From Octopus bimaculoides (taxonomy: Eukaryota): a stretch of 38,938 nt of DNA. How positions within the stretch are numbered: position 1 is the stretch's first letter; each line of letters begins with the position of its first letter. Below, piece after piece: positions 22,808 to 35,246 of the stretch. The notes under the pieces are model-generated. The model had not been told where the DNA came from, did not search any database, and saw only the letters and a program-made list of their open reading frames with translations. Location of the stretch: assembly GCF_001194135.2 (NCBI RefSeq), contig NC_068985.1, positions 108,276,856-108,315,793 on the forward strand. Direction: 5' to 3'. A program made the translations under genes and the position numbers.

Positions 22808-23058
22808 CTTTGTCAACGGCGATATCCGTTAATTTATCGTCAGTAATTTCTGGTACAAGCACATCAATAATGTTTTGCGGTTCCCTAATGAAAATCTCAA
22901 CTAAAAAATCATCAATAATTTCACCATTGGACAAATGAATAACGTGCCTGTATTTGTTGTTCTCTCGTGTTAGAAGTTCTTGATAAGTCAAGTTGTAAAC
23001 TATATACTTCTGTGGTTCAACATTAACAGATATATGAAAGGTATTTGCAAAGCGGTGT
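22808..23058 (-). CDS. ITIH: ITIH exon 4 (HRFANTFHISVNVEP...TYQELL...IAVDK), ending at a GC donor
   Basis: ttccag|A phase 2 entry; F.ISVNV.P and LTYQELL motifs; only AAAG|gcaagt keeps frame with exon 5. Confidence 0.9.
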
Positions 23059-23152
23059 CTGGAAAATGATAAAAAGTAGAAATATTTTGGAGATATTGTT
23101 ATTAGAATACTAATAGCAGGAAATATCAAATATGAGGAAAATAAAATATTAC

Positions 23153-23263
23153 TTGACTTCAATAGAGCCAGCACTTTGCCCTTTTTCAACGGAATTTTCG
23201 TAAATATCTTTAGCAACCGATTTTTCCTTTACTTCTCCTACCGTCACATGTCCATCAATTTCC
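23153..23263 (-). CDS. ITIH: ITIH exon 3, VIT domain (EIDGHVTVGEVKEKSVAKDIYENSVEKGQSAGSIEV)
   Basis: ttgcag|G completes ATG across the intron; IDG...KEK...G.SAG motif; donor AA|gtaata. Confidence 0.95.
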
Positions 23264-23319
23264 CTGCAATCGAAAATAAAATTAAATATAAAAAAAAAGG
23301 CTGAAACATCGCTAAAATT

Positions 23320-24240
23320 ACAGGGTGCTCTGGATGAATTTTACAGTTTATATTAAAGGGAAGACAAACACAATATTCCGTCCAAAAATAAAAGTTATTT
23401 AAAAAGCAAAAATATATCAACTTGATTATGACTGTCAGATCATAGTTTAATTAACATAGCCACTCTGAGGTTCCACTACGTTCTTAAGTCTACTTCGGAA
23501 ACTGAAATATGTATTCCTCACTTGATCTTCGCTACCATCCCGATCTTATTGTTACTTACAGTGTGTTTGGTGTTTTTCTGTACTGTAACTCACACAGTAT
23601 TTACAATTGAAGGAATTAGGATCTAGAAATTGGAGCTGGTGAAGCCCTAAGGACACTTTGCAACTGTGCTGTTAGATTTATAGCCTTTCAGCAACAACCC
23701 TCTCCAGACAGGTATTGACCACAGACGTCTGAATGAAGCCTAAGGCCTTATTCAAAAATATGGGTTGGCATGATGTCACCACTGAAGACACACCGAAAGG
23801 CAATCATAATTGGAGGATCTTGATTTTCATGATTCCCATGTTACGTCTTACAGCATTTACAGTGTTCGCAGAACATTCAGCAGCAATCATGATGTCGACG
23901 TTTTGATAACCAGCGTGAATCATCAGAGTACAAGTAACTCTTTTCCAATGTTTAGATGGCTTTGAGTCCTCCATATCAACTAACATTTTTCCAGCTACAA
24001 CTTTAATCTCCAGCGCCGTTGACTGTTCACCAAGCTGTTCTTGACAAAAGGAGACATATATAGTCATATTTAGACCAAACACCCAGTATTTTAGAATTTT
24101 AAGAATATTTGAAACTTTTTGATTATGTTTTAAATGTTTACATGCAATAATCGAAATAAACTTACAATGTGCCCAAGATTGCATGAAATCTAGATTTAAA
24201 AACTAACTAATAAAATGAATCCTAATTATTTTTATAGTAT
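23320..24240 (-). mobile_element. Degenerate mariner-like element, N-terminal HTH remnant
   Basis: Terminus cagggtgc at about 23320 like the 31030 element; minus ORF WKRVTCTLMIHAGYQNVDIMIAAECSANTVNAVR resembles a Tc1/mariner HTH. Confidence 0.55.
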
Positions 24241-24713
24241 ACTTCGACAGATGTTTTCATTTTAAAGCGTATGATTTTAATCAATTTTTTATGAGGCAGT
24301 TTCCTGACCAATTGGAGCTTTCCAAAACTCTGTTTGTGGCTATCTATAGAACAATGATTCTACCGGTGTGCTACATTAAAAATACCAAGGTTTTCTAAAT
24401 ACCATAATAATTTACGATTCCCCTAAAAATCTCACGGCACATTTGTTGGCCACGTGCAACATATTAATGAGCTGTGATGCAGAGGTTTGAAAAATCTACT
24501 CTAGAACGATTAAATAAAAACATAGTTTTGTTGTGAGACAGAAGGATGTAAGAACTTGGTGAGAATCGAAGTTTAAAGATTAATGGTAAGAGAACGGACA
24601 TCCTTCTCACCACTTACCTCGTAGTAATTGTGTTTATAGAATTTCTATGATTGGTAATCGAAGTGAACAAATGATTTAAATACGTTTATTGTGAGTGTGT
24701 GTGAGAGATGGAA

Positions 24714-24715
<2 letters not shown>

Positions 24716-24807
<92 letters not shown>
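24716..24807. repeat. (GA)n microsatellite
   Basis: Direct sequence. Confidence 0.95.
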
Positions 24808-24808
<1 letters not shown>

Positions 24809-25920
24809 AGTCAGAGAGGAACGAAACAGTCAGAAAATACAGTGTTTTGTTTTAAAGGTCCTGTTGCAGGTTGGGAATAGCGTAAATTTGCAATCTGCAC
24901 AGTCTGTCCCCTTTATATCTTTATTCTTGTTTTGCAGGCGATGAAATGTTGAACAGATACTTCTAAGTGAATGTTTGTTTTTAGATATTGTAGGCTGTGC
25001 TTCCACGACTATGCACCAGCTACTGGGATGTTTTGCATTTATGAGGATTGGTTGTGTGTGGGTATATGAAAGAATGAGCAGAGAAGAATGCTTTAATCAT
25101 TCGGGTTTTCAATCAAAAATAATTTCCATAAGATTGGACGAGTCTTGATCAGTTAAGGAATGTATTTTATCTAAACTCACAGAAACCGTACACCGCGCTC
25201 TCTGCTGTCATTCTTCTATTTTTCGACTCATAGCTTGTGATTTTCATATAAATTGAAAATTTTATGTAGAATATTTATTGTAAACCATAATTCTTCATAC
25301 AGAAGTTATTTCAGGAGTGAAAGTTAAGGAAGCATTTGGCCGTTTTTACACTGCTATCAACGTTTCCAACTGGGATTTATTCTCATTTTTTATAAAGCTC
25401 TTATAGCTAGATAAAAAAAAAAAACTCCAGATTCCTCTTTGAAGTACATTAATTACATTTTGCAGAACATCTTCCCTCTTCTACTTTCTTGTCGACTGGT
25501 TTTCCTTTACTGTTCATCTTTATACCCGAGTGAGGGTGAGAGTTATTAATCTTACAACAATATTGATACTCACTCGTGAAAGAGGTCAGGAGAGTGTATA
25601 GAGTGTTTTCCAAGCAGAAAATATTTACATAAAATATATACGCACAACTCCTTATAATCACAGTCCTAATAAGGGTATTAGAAATACAGCTCTAAATTCA
25701 CTACATCTTTAATAAGAAAATTGCTGTAATTTCTATATTATATATTTATTTTCAAATCGTTCGGTCATTAATCCAGTATCATAATATAATCAAAACCTTC
25801 TAAAAATTCATACATCATATGGTCCGATTTGTTTGATAACTTACTCCAAAAGAACTTCATTTTCTAAGGCTAAAAAGGATAGACTAAAAGTACATGTTGT
25901 GAAAAATAAACAATACTTAC

Positions 25921-26078
25921 ATTGAAAAATTCGATATAAATGATCTACGAGGCATGTTTACATGTAAGTCTGCGCTGACTGAAGAATTGAACGGGTTATA
26001 ATATTTCATGGAAATTAGAGTGGTAGCAAATCGATATTTAATATCGCTGATTACATGAAGTGATTTCAGGCTTGGTTT
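25921..26078 (-). CDS. ITIH: ITIH exon 2, VIT domain N-part (KPSLKSLHVISDIKYRFATT...SFISNFS)
   Basis: Acceptor tttcag|AAA, donor AT|gtaagt; matches the VIT pattern RFAxT...AFIxNFSM. Confidence 0.95.
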
Positions 26079-27519
26079 CTGAAAAAGAAAAAAAAAAACA
26101 AACAAAAAAACCGACGATGTATCGTACATCCCTGAAATAGATCTTTAATGTTAACCTTTATGTGGCAATTAAAAATAAATTCCGAAAAAACGGTTTTGTT
26201 TACGTGATAAGTAATAAACTTCTAACATTGTCAGATTTGATACTACTCGGGCATCTGAAAATCAAAGGTAATCACTATCGTGTATGTAGTAACAGGAAAT
26301 GCAAATATTTGTTGTCCCTTACACGTTTTATAATTTGATGAGTATAAAAACAATTGCAATTATGTTATCTTTTAATGAGATCTCATGGTGACCACAAAGA
26401 CCCCGAGGCTATTAATTTTCATGCATATGGACTAGTTAACGTTTAGTTCTACATGATGTCTGGCGCGAGTTGACTTTTGGTTCGAGGCATTCCCTTCAGG
26501 ACAATTCAGTCTTGTTAAGTGTGTCTAAGAATGCTTAATCCAATGTGCCCTTTCTTACAACTTGACAGATTATGGTTTAAAGAAAATATTAGCTACTATT
26601 TCAAGCAGATCATGGAAATATCACTGAAAGGCCTCTTCCGGTAAACAAAATTTCGAAAACCAGGGAAGAATATTGAAGGTATTTTTTAAACAATATACTA
26701 ATAGTAAAATACATGTGCTCATCAGCAAAATAATATTCGTTAGTTAAAAGATGAGATTTCGCTTGAAAATACATTGACTGGATATAATTAATCTTTTGAA
26801 TTGATAAATTGAAACACAGAAGAAATTTCGAATTATACTAATAAATAATGTTTAAAAATTCAGCCTGCAAACTTCTCTGAATCATGATTTGAAATGTAAC
26901 ATATTTCTCCTACTCTGATGACAGAAGCTCCATATATCCACTGTTTATTTGTTTCCATTGCTGGCTGCATATTGTGGTGAAGAATATCCAGCAAAATTAT
27001 GATGGATCCCCGAGTTTGCAGAAACAGCTCTTGGGCTTATAACACTTTACCTCTTCCCCTTTAATTTTCTTTGTCATTTGTTCTCTGTGTAAGTTTGTTC
27101 TATTGATATACATATATCAATAGATGCTAAAGTATCACTCAGTTTGTTACTAAGTTCATTGAAGTTTAATACAAATCTATAATTGGATGGTGAGGGCCCC
27201 TGGAAGTGATCCACATATATAACCAAGCCAAAGGAAATAACCCATTCGTTTTCCTAGCCAAGGGAAAGAGCTCATTCATTTTCCTATGGTATTTGGTATA
27301 AATCAAGTTGAGTATGTTTATTTCTTAGTATTTGAACTGTTAGAGTTATTTTCGCAATTTACCCAGAACAACCCTTAAACAAGTAAATAGTATTTTCCTA
27401 AACAATACATCCACTTATTTCGGTTCGAGACTTATTCACAAATGTACCATGAATGACGATGCTTTTCATGTCACTTCAACCAATTGACAAGCGCTGCATG
27501 AAGAACTGTTCTGCTTTTA

Positions 27520-28050
27520 GACAAATACACTGTGATCACAAAGGCCACACCCTGTTTTCATGTAGGAATACCTTCTTAAAATCTATCTGTACATCTTGAA
27601 AATGGTCAGCGTGTATATTTCAAAGAAGACAATGCTCGAAACGTAGTTCTGAATCCACCAGAAACCACTTTGATAGTTTTCTTCAAATTATGCTAATTTG
27701 ATCTGTTTTCCCGAACACTGGTTGTATGTAGAGGCCCCTGTGTACTATACCTGGGCACACAATAGATGGAACAGACGCAAGGAACACGCGTTGAGGGCTG
27801 AGAAGATGCTGTCTTCAGAAGTGGCCTTATTTTCTGCTGCCACAGTCTTTTATGGAATTCTTTCAAGGGAACTTTGAATGTAGGGACTTTTATTTCCAGT
27901 AATATACTGTACCTCCACACAACTATAGTAATGTAAGTGCTTACTAAGATGATATTTTTTCCAAAAAGAAGGATTGGAGGAAGTGGTTCAGTAAAGTATC
28001 ATCTGCATTCACCGGGGATACTTAAGGATGACGTTTAGAGTACAAAACAG
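27520..28050 (+). mobile_element. Helitron Rep/Hel fragment, degenerate
   Basis: HLENGQRVYFKEDNARNVVLNPPETTLIVFFKLC and YVEAPVYYTWAHNRWNRRK match the Helitron HLENGQRVYF...TTLTAFF.LC...YYTW motif. Confidence 0.88.
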
Positions 28051-30173
28051 CCGACGAATTGAGTACCTATTGAACGAAAATGCCCACAATTATTGAACGA
28101 AAGCTATTCTAATAAACACTGTATCATTCAATGTTTGTATTACATTTTCGGGAGCAGCTCGCCCGCACTCTCAATATATATACATATAGTAATTCAGGGA
28201 AGGAGAAGTAGTGAGAATAATAGCTCCGACAGAGAGAGAGTGAGAGAAAGTAATAGCAATGGAGAAAGGAAAGTGTGATAAATGAATAAGGAAGGAAGGG
28301 GTGAACACAAAAATCAGTGTTTCAACTCTTTCTGAGTATATGTGTGTGTATGTAAAAGAAGAGAAGTATATGAATGCTTGTGTGTGAGGGGGGCAATTGA
28401 AATGAGATGGCGAGCGTTCAACGTTGAAAGGTAAAGTCAAACAGCATTTCAACTTTATTTTGAGTATATGTGTGCGTATACAAGGGAAGTATATGAATGT
28501 TTTATATCTGTGATTAGTATGTACCTTATATATATATAAAAAAAACTACAATTAGCCATCATTTTTGACGACACAGGGTCAGTTAGTATATATATATATA
28601 TATAGTCTCGAGAACAGAATAAAAACGAGTCTACGTGATGGAGAAGCTATATTGCTGATGATAATAGTAGTGGAGGTAGGGCTTGTAATAGAAGTAATGT
28701 AACTAACGTAGGCAACAAATGCTTGTGAGAACAAAACCAGATTCAGTCAGAAAATATGTGTTTTATCCCAATAACAGGCCATATTTCCATATAGTGCATT
28801 GTTATTAATGCTGTGTTAAAACGTTGTCATGTGTAACACATATCGATGCTTAAAACTTGCATAAAAATAATAATTAAAAATACGATATTAATATGTTGCA
28901 CACATTATTACAAAACGAGATGGGATATTCATAGCTAGAACTAATATTACCATAGATCTGTCTGTGAGTCTAAGAAAGAAGAACAACAACAACCACAACC
29001 ACCACCACCACCACAAAAACAACAACTACAACAAAAGACAACAATGAGTGGTGCCGCTTCCGCAGAAAATAATGGAGTAATTTAATAGTAGTTAGGTAAA
29101 ATGAACAAATTATGAGAAGACATAATTCAGGAAACAGTATCAACGCACAAATTTTTCTAGATATCGAGGGAAAACTTATGCGAAGACACAAATTCTATAT
29201 TTTCTCTTGATAAAATATCCTTTTTACAAAGAAAAAAATCTTTGATATTCCCAGCCTCAGGTCACTTAACTTCACCGGCTACTTTGTTTCAAGTACAAAG
29301 CCTTTATGCAAGATTTACAGATGAAAAAGGTATCTGGTGCTCAGTTACGCCAGAGATCCGCGCAGCGCCTGGTGCGAAAAGGATTCTGTCCATTAGTAGC
29401 GTGTACTGAGTTATCTTCTACCCCTCTTGCAGTCGAATCTGGGTTTAAGCGACTCAGTTGCAACTGGGAAAGTGTTATCAACTGTAGCGTCTCAGATCAG
29501 CATCTTACTCTAACTCTTTAAACCGGAACGGTTATCCTGGCTAGATGCCTGTCACCTGCCATTACAGTGGTCAAGGCTAAAAGGTTCTGGTTGTGACGGA
29601 AAGAGGTATCGTCGTCGAGAATCCATTTAAAACATAACCCACAATGGAATGGCGAAAGAACGTTCCCACACTGTATCGACAAGAAAGTGGGTGGATTTCG
29701 AATTCCTTCGTTGTTTATTCATAATGACATTTGTATAGTTCATACACAAGCAAAACTAAGTTCAAAATACCTCAAAGATGCAATAATTCTCATCTATCGA
29801 AACAAATTAGCATTGAAACTGAAATTACTTTCCTCAAATATTCATGAAAGAGATATACAGTTAAATATTGCTACGAAGCATTACTTGATTAGTAATGTGT
29901 TCATAATAATCTAACTGCAAATGTTAGAATAAACATTCGATATGATTTATGAAATCAGAATATTACTATAGCTTCAATACATGAATTCGATTTTTGCCAA
30001 TTCTAACTAATAGGTCTCCAATCTCCACTAATTACTGAAATGAAATCTGCAATAAAAATTGATAGTGAAAATGATAGGAGGTATATAAAATAGAAATCCT
30101 CCGTTTCAGAAATTAAGGTCACATTAACAACACTAAATGAAGATATCAAATGATTATTGTAATATTAGCTTAC

Positions 30174-30251
30174 GTGAATAGGCTCTTCATTGGCTGTTAT
30201 CCCCAAATAAAATGCAGTACTGAATATTACAAATAACAACCGTGGTGCCAT
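30174..30251 (-). CDS. ITIH: ITIH-family gene exon 1: signal peptide MAPRLLFVIFSTAFYLGITANEEPIH
   Basis: ATG in good context (aagaaaATGG), hydrophobic signal-peptide-like stretch, phase-0 donor CAC|gtaagc matching the phase-0 acceptor of exon 2. Confidence 0.85.
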
Positions 30252-30416
30252 TTTCTTGGTGATTCTTTCAATTTCTTCTGTCTTCAGGTTGCTCTGACTT
30301 CAAACAATTCTTTAAAAATTTCTTAAAAATTCTTAAAAACTTCAATAAATATATCACCAGAATAATCAATGTGGTCACGAGTCAAACACCAAAAGAAAGG
30401 CAATGGTGCTCAGTTG

Positions 30417-30425
30417 TTTTATATA
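30417..30425 (-). promoter_or_regulatory. Possible TATA box (TATATAAAA) upstream of ITIH exon 1
   Basis: About 165 nt upstream of the ATG on the minus strand, but it abuts a (TA) run, so support is weak. Confidence 0.25.
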
Positions 30426-30679
30426 TATACATACACGAAAGAACACTTAGATATATGAAACGTATATACAATATTCTTGTGATTTTGTTATAAATCTGAG
30501 TAAGTTACATAGTGGAGTGACGGAACTCAAACAGGATCTGCCTAGTCTAAATTCAGGAACATAGGCGGTTATTGGATAAAATGCCTCAAGGATAGATTTC
30601 TCAAATGAAACCAATGGGATTGGACAAATTGCGCTGTAGAGAAACGTCTCAAATTATGTTTTAGAAACTGTGTTAAACG

Positions 30680-30680
<1 letters not shown>

Positions 30681-30745
<65 letters not shown>

Positions 30746-30869
30746 TAAAGGCACGTCCTCTCACGCTCACACATACATATATATATACACAAACACACAT
30801 ATATATACAAATATGTATATATATATACACATAGATACATATATATACACACATGTATGTATATACATG

Positions 30870-30942
<73 letters not shown>

Positions 30943-31027
30943 NNNNNNNNNNCATACATACACACATACATACATACATGCATACATACATACATACATA
31001 CATACATACATACATACATACATACAT
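30681..31027. repeat. Compound (CA)/(TA)/(CATA) microsatellite with a 10-N gap
   Basis: Direct sequence. Confidence 0.95.
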
Positions 31028-31029
31028 AA

Positions 31030-31839
31030 CAGGGTGCGGTGAATAAACTGTCGTCTAAATTACGCAAAAATGAAAATGATACTAACATCTCATTTTAACA
31101 CATATATTTTCTAAAATTATATAAAAATATCTTGAAATACTAAAGAGTAAATTTATTAAATGAAATCACCATTAGCTTGCACAGTCTCCTTGTTTAAGTT
31201 GGTGAATGCTGTCATAATCCTAGTCTTCAGTTCATCTTTGATGTTAAAAGGTGTTTTGTTGGTCTCCCGCTCAACTGCACCCCACACATAATCAAAGGCT
31301 TTGCATTCTGGGGAGTTAGATGGTCAGATGTTAGGGGTGATGTGGTTGCAGAAATTGTCTGACTGACACGAATGGGTTCTCCTGCTTTGCTTGTGTGGCA
31401 TGGTACAGAGTCCTATTGCCAGACATAGGGTCTTCCAGCAGCCACCCTCTTGACCCAGGGCAGCACTACCTCCTCCAGGCACTTGATGTAGGCCTACGCG
31501 TTGAGTCTGAGGCCGTGTGGGAGGATGAACGGAGGCACAACGTTGCCATCACTAGTGATCACTCCAAACACCATGAATTTAACTGGATGTTTGATTTTTA
31601 GCACTCCCGGTACATGTTCGTATTGGTACATGTTTGTATTGGAGCTTCCAGCGCGAATGCCAAGCAGTACAACATCGCTTTTCAAAATTTCTGTCAGACG
31701 GAATTGCATCATGGTGCTGTGTTTCTCACAGACGGTGCCCAACTGAATCTACTATTCTGTGTAGTCGACAAAATCAAAAACAACCATGCCCAAGCGCGAT
31801 ATTAGAAATATAAAATGGTGACAATTTACCCACCGTACC

Positions 31840-31842
<3 letters not shown>
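31030..31842 (-). mobile_element. Internally deleted mariner-type transposon (DD37D/maT-like)
   Basis: Imperfect TIRs cagggtgcggtgaataaactgtc / cagggtacggtgggtaaattgtc next to TA repeats; MVFGVITSDG, YVWQ*DSVPCHTS, VWGAVE. The 37 spacing is reconstructed across frameshifts. Confidence 0.85.
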
Positions 31843-31909
<67 letters not shown>

Positions 31910-32693
31910 NNNNNNNNNNNNNNNNNNNNNNNNNNNNNNNNNNNNNNNNNNNNNNNNNNNNNNNNNNNNNNNNNNNNNNNNNNNNNNNNNNNNNNNNNNN
32001 NNNNNNNNNNNNNNNNNNNNNNNNNNNNNNNNNNNNNNNNNNNNNNNNNNNNNNNNNNNNNNNNNNNNNNNNNNNNNNNNNNNNNNNNNNNNNNNNNNNN
32101 NNNNNNNNNNNNNNNNNNNNNNNNNNNNNNNNNNNNNNNNNNNNNNNNNNNNNNNNNNNNNNNNNNNNNNNNNNNNNNNNNNNNNNNNNNNNNNNNNNNN
32201 NNNNNNNNNNNNNNNNNNNNNNNNNNNNNNNNNNNNNNNNNNNNNNNNNNNNNNNNNNNNNNNNNNNNNNNNNNNNNNNNNNNNNNNNNNNNNNNNNNNN
32301 NNNNNNNNNNNNNNNNNNNNNNNNNNNNNNNNNNNNNNNNNNNNNNNNNNNNNNNNNNNNNNNNNNNNNNNNNNNNNNNNNNNNNNNNNNNNNNNNNNNN
32401 NNNNNNNNNNNNNNNNNNNNNNNNNNNNNNNNNNNNNNNNNNNNNNNNNNNNNNNNNNNNNNNNNNNNNNNNNNNNNNNNNNNNNNNNNNNNNNNNNNNN
32501 NNNNNNNNNNNNNNNNNNNNNNNNNNNNNNNNNNNNNNNNNNNNNNNNNNNNNNNNNNNNNNNNNNNNNNNNNNNNNNNNNNNNNNNNNNNNNNNNNNNN
32601 NNNNNNNNNNNNNNNNNNNNNNNNNNNNNNNNNNNNNNNNNNNNNNNNNNNNNNNNNNNNNNNNNNNNNNNNNNNNNNNNNNNATATAGGTAA

Positions 32694-32988
32694 AGTAAAT
32701 GTTAGAGGCAATACTCGACAACTGTAAGCACCTGTGTATGCCAGCTCGTGGTTGAGGTGAAAGAATAAATTGTAAATGCAAAAAATAAAAACAAAAACAC
32801 AAAGGATTCTGCGGTACACGTGTTTCAAGCTTTATATCAGTGTATAATTGACAATATAAAGCTATCTTCAGCCGCAAATGTATTTCTCTCCCAAGAAATT
32901 ATATCACATCGGCGTTAAAGGAGGAAGAAAGGTGAGATATAAGAGGTGAGGTTCCTTTTTGGTATTTTGCACTGTACTATACCTCGTA
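32694..32988 (-). mobile_element. Inverted Penelope-like pLTR fragment
   Basis: Contains a minimal hammerhead and joins the plus-strand PLE body through a 40-bp perfect inverted repeat. Confidence 0.7.
32810..32876 (-). ncRNA. Minimal type I hammerhead ribozyme (Penelope-type)
   Basis: TGCGG-CTGAAGA-T-AGCTTTATAT...ATATAAAGCT-T-GAAA-CACGTG-TA-CCGCA: core, 10-bp helix II, palindromic helix III, GUA triplet, 5-bp helix I. Confidence 0.8.
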
Positions 32989-33005
32989 TAGGAAATTATG
33001 TGTAG

Positions 33006-34910
33006 ATGGAGAATTCTACGAGGTATAGTACAGTGCAAAATACCAAAAAGGAACCTACAAGTTATAAAACCTACAAGAGAAAACCGACCACTACCTCCTT
33101 GGATGCAAAAAATAAACGAAAGAAATCTAGAAAACGAAGCGCATCGAAAGAGGAAAGGGATGTAGCAGACATGGAAAATTTCTTAACATAAGAATATGAA
33201 ACTTCTGGAAGGCATATAAGTGCGAAAAATATGTCGAAACACATTCGAAATGGATTTCTTTAGCGGCACCCATACTTCCTTGGAAGTATCTTATTAAAGA
33301 AATTGTAGGAGAACCAGAGGAGGAAACAAAACTTCGATGGGAGCTTACTTCAACAAAACTCAGGACCAACATCTCTATTACCCTTTGTAAACAATCCTGT
33401 TATAGAGCCAGATATGAAGCTGTCGAGTGGAGACGAAATAACAAAAGTAATGGCTGGCAGAAATAGCAGAAAAATGCGTGAATAATGGATCAAAGATATC
33501 TCAAAACAAGAAAGCAGATCAAGAAAGTTATGGCAGCAGAAACAATTATTTCTCGCCAAATATGCCACAAATTACGGTAAAGACTCTAGAACGCTGAGAA
33601 ATAGCATTAAAAGTGAACAATCTCACCAACTAACATACGCCAGAACACGTGGCAACACGAACACTAGTTTTACCATGAATTGAAGATGAACTGCGGTAAG
33701 AACTCTTCCCTTTTTGTACGCAAGCACTCTGATGTATACAATACGAACAAAAAGCATAAACAAGATAGATATTCCTTTGATCAGACCATTAGGAGTAGAA
33801 ATAGCAGGTGATCGTTTTCAAAACCTCAACAGAGATTACCTTCTAGGAACTGGGCATATAATTGATCTAGATCTGGAAGCAAACCTAGATCATTTCCTCA
33901 AGTTGTTAAAAACAAAACTAACAAGAAATTGAAAAATAATATTCTTAAATACCAAAACAGGACAGAAAAGATAACGAAACCAAGTAAAATACCACAACCA
34001 AAACGCATTGTCCATCAGGCAAACATCAACAAGAACATAAATCATAAACAGAGAAAATTCCATTTTTAACGTCAGGACAACAAACACCAGAGAAAGAAAA
34101 AATTCAAAAGGAAACATACCCAAAACAACAGAACGTATAGATCCTAAAATAATTAATTTATCTAAAAGAGATCTTGACAATGATGAAATCCAACTTCTGT
34201 CAAAAGAACTGAAATTCACACCTACACCAACAGTCAACTACCAAGAACTAAAGGAGGATATCCGAATATTCTATCGTAAGTTACAACTTGTAGAATTCTT
34301 CACTAATAAAAGTAATGAGATTGATAAAATTAATGAGAATAAATCAAATTTCAACCCACCAAAAGAAGAAATAAGTGTCTTGACCAATACTTTGGTATCT
34401 TGTCTAAATTTCCCTTTAGAAGATCAACAACCTAGTTTCAAAACACTACGACTCACCGATAAGGAGACTACATAAATTTCGAGTCAAAAATACATAATTC
34501 AAAAGATATTCAACATGCTATAAAAGACCAAGAAAGTGAGTACATAAAATTACTACACCCAAGAAACTTAAAACTTACACCTATTATAGCTGGTCCATCA
34601 TGCCCTACCCACCGTCTAAGCAATTTTATTGACATTGTTTTGAAACCACTATGTACCTACATACTCAGTTTCATCCGGGATGATATCAACTTCCTGTCCC
34701 ATCTTCCCAAAACAAGAGAAACGAATTCACTTTTACTTAGTTTTGATATGGTAAGCCTTTGCACCAATATTCCACATGATTTAGGAATAAAGGCGATTAA
34801 ATACTGTGTAGAAAAACAGAGAGAAGTGATTCCCAACAGATTCACAGTGCCATTTATATTAGACACAGTCAGTCTTATTCTGGAAAACAACACATTTTTT
34901 TCAATGGAAA
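33006..34910 (+). mobile_element. Penelope-like retroelement, degenerate N-terminus and RT part
   Basis: IINLSKRDLDNDEIQLLSKELKFTPT, PIIAGPSCPTHRLSNFID, SFDMVSLCTNIP, LILENNTF are PLE RT motifs; frameshifted and 3' truncated. Confidence 0.88.
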
Positions 34911-35051
34911 GAATTACATCTAAATTAAAGTATATCTTTCGCACACACATACCTGCGTGCTTTTAGAAGTAGCGAAACATTGCAGCGTTACAGAAAATAC
35001 AAAGTTAGTAAAAGTCACTCACCCACTATATTTCAGTGCATATACATACAT

Positions 35052-35108
<57 letters not shown>

Positions 35109-35157
35109 AACACTATTTCCAAATCTCTCAAAGAGAGATATTCAGTANNNNNNNNNN

Positions 35158-35205
<48 letters not shown>

Positions 35206-35214
35206 AGTGTGTAC

Positions 35215-35246
<32 letters not shown>

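Noticed and set aside
25449-25661. 70-aa ORF between exons 2 and 3
   Set aside because: Exons 2 and 3 join directly (AT|G) with continuous VIT homology.
26940-27400. Faint retroviral/Gypsy RT-like words (YRFVLNFNELSNK)
   Set aside because: No catalytic motif; the similarity is not convincing by eye.
30569-31088. Long low-complexity ORFs (also 20563-21180, 31752-32877, 38126-38938)
   Set aside because: Translations of microsatellites and N gaps.
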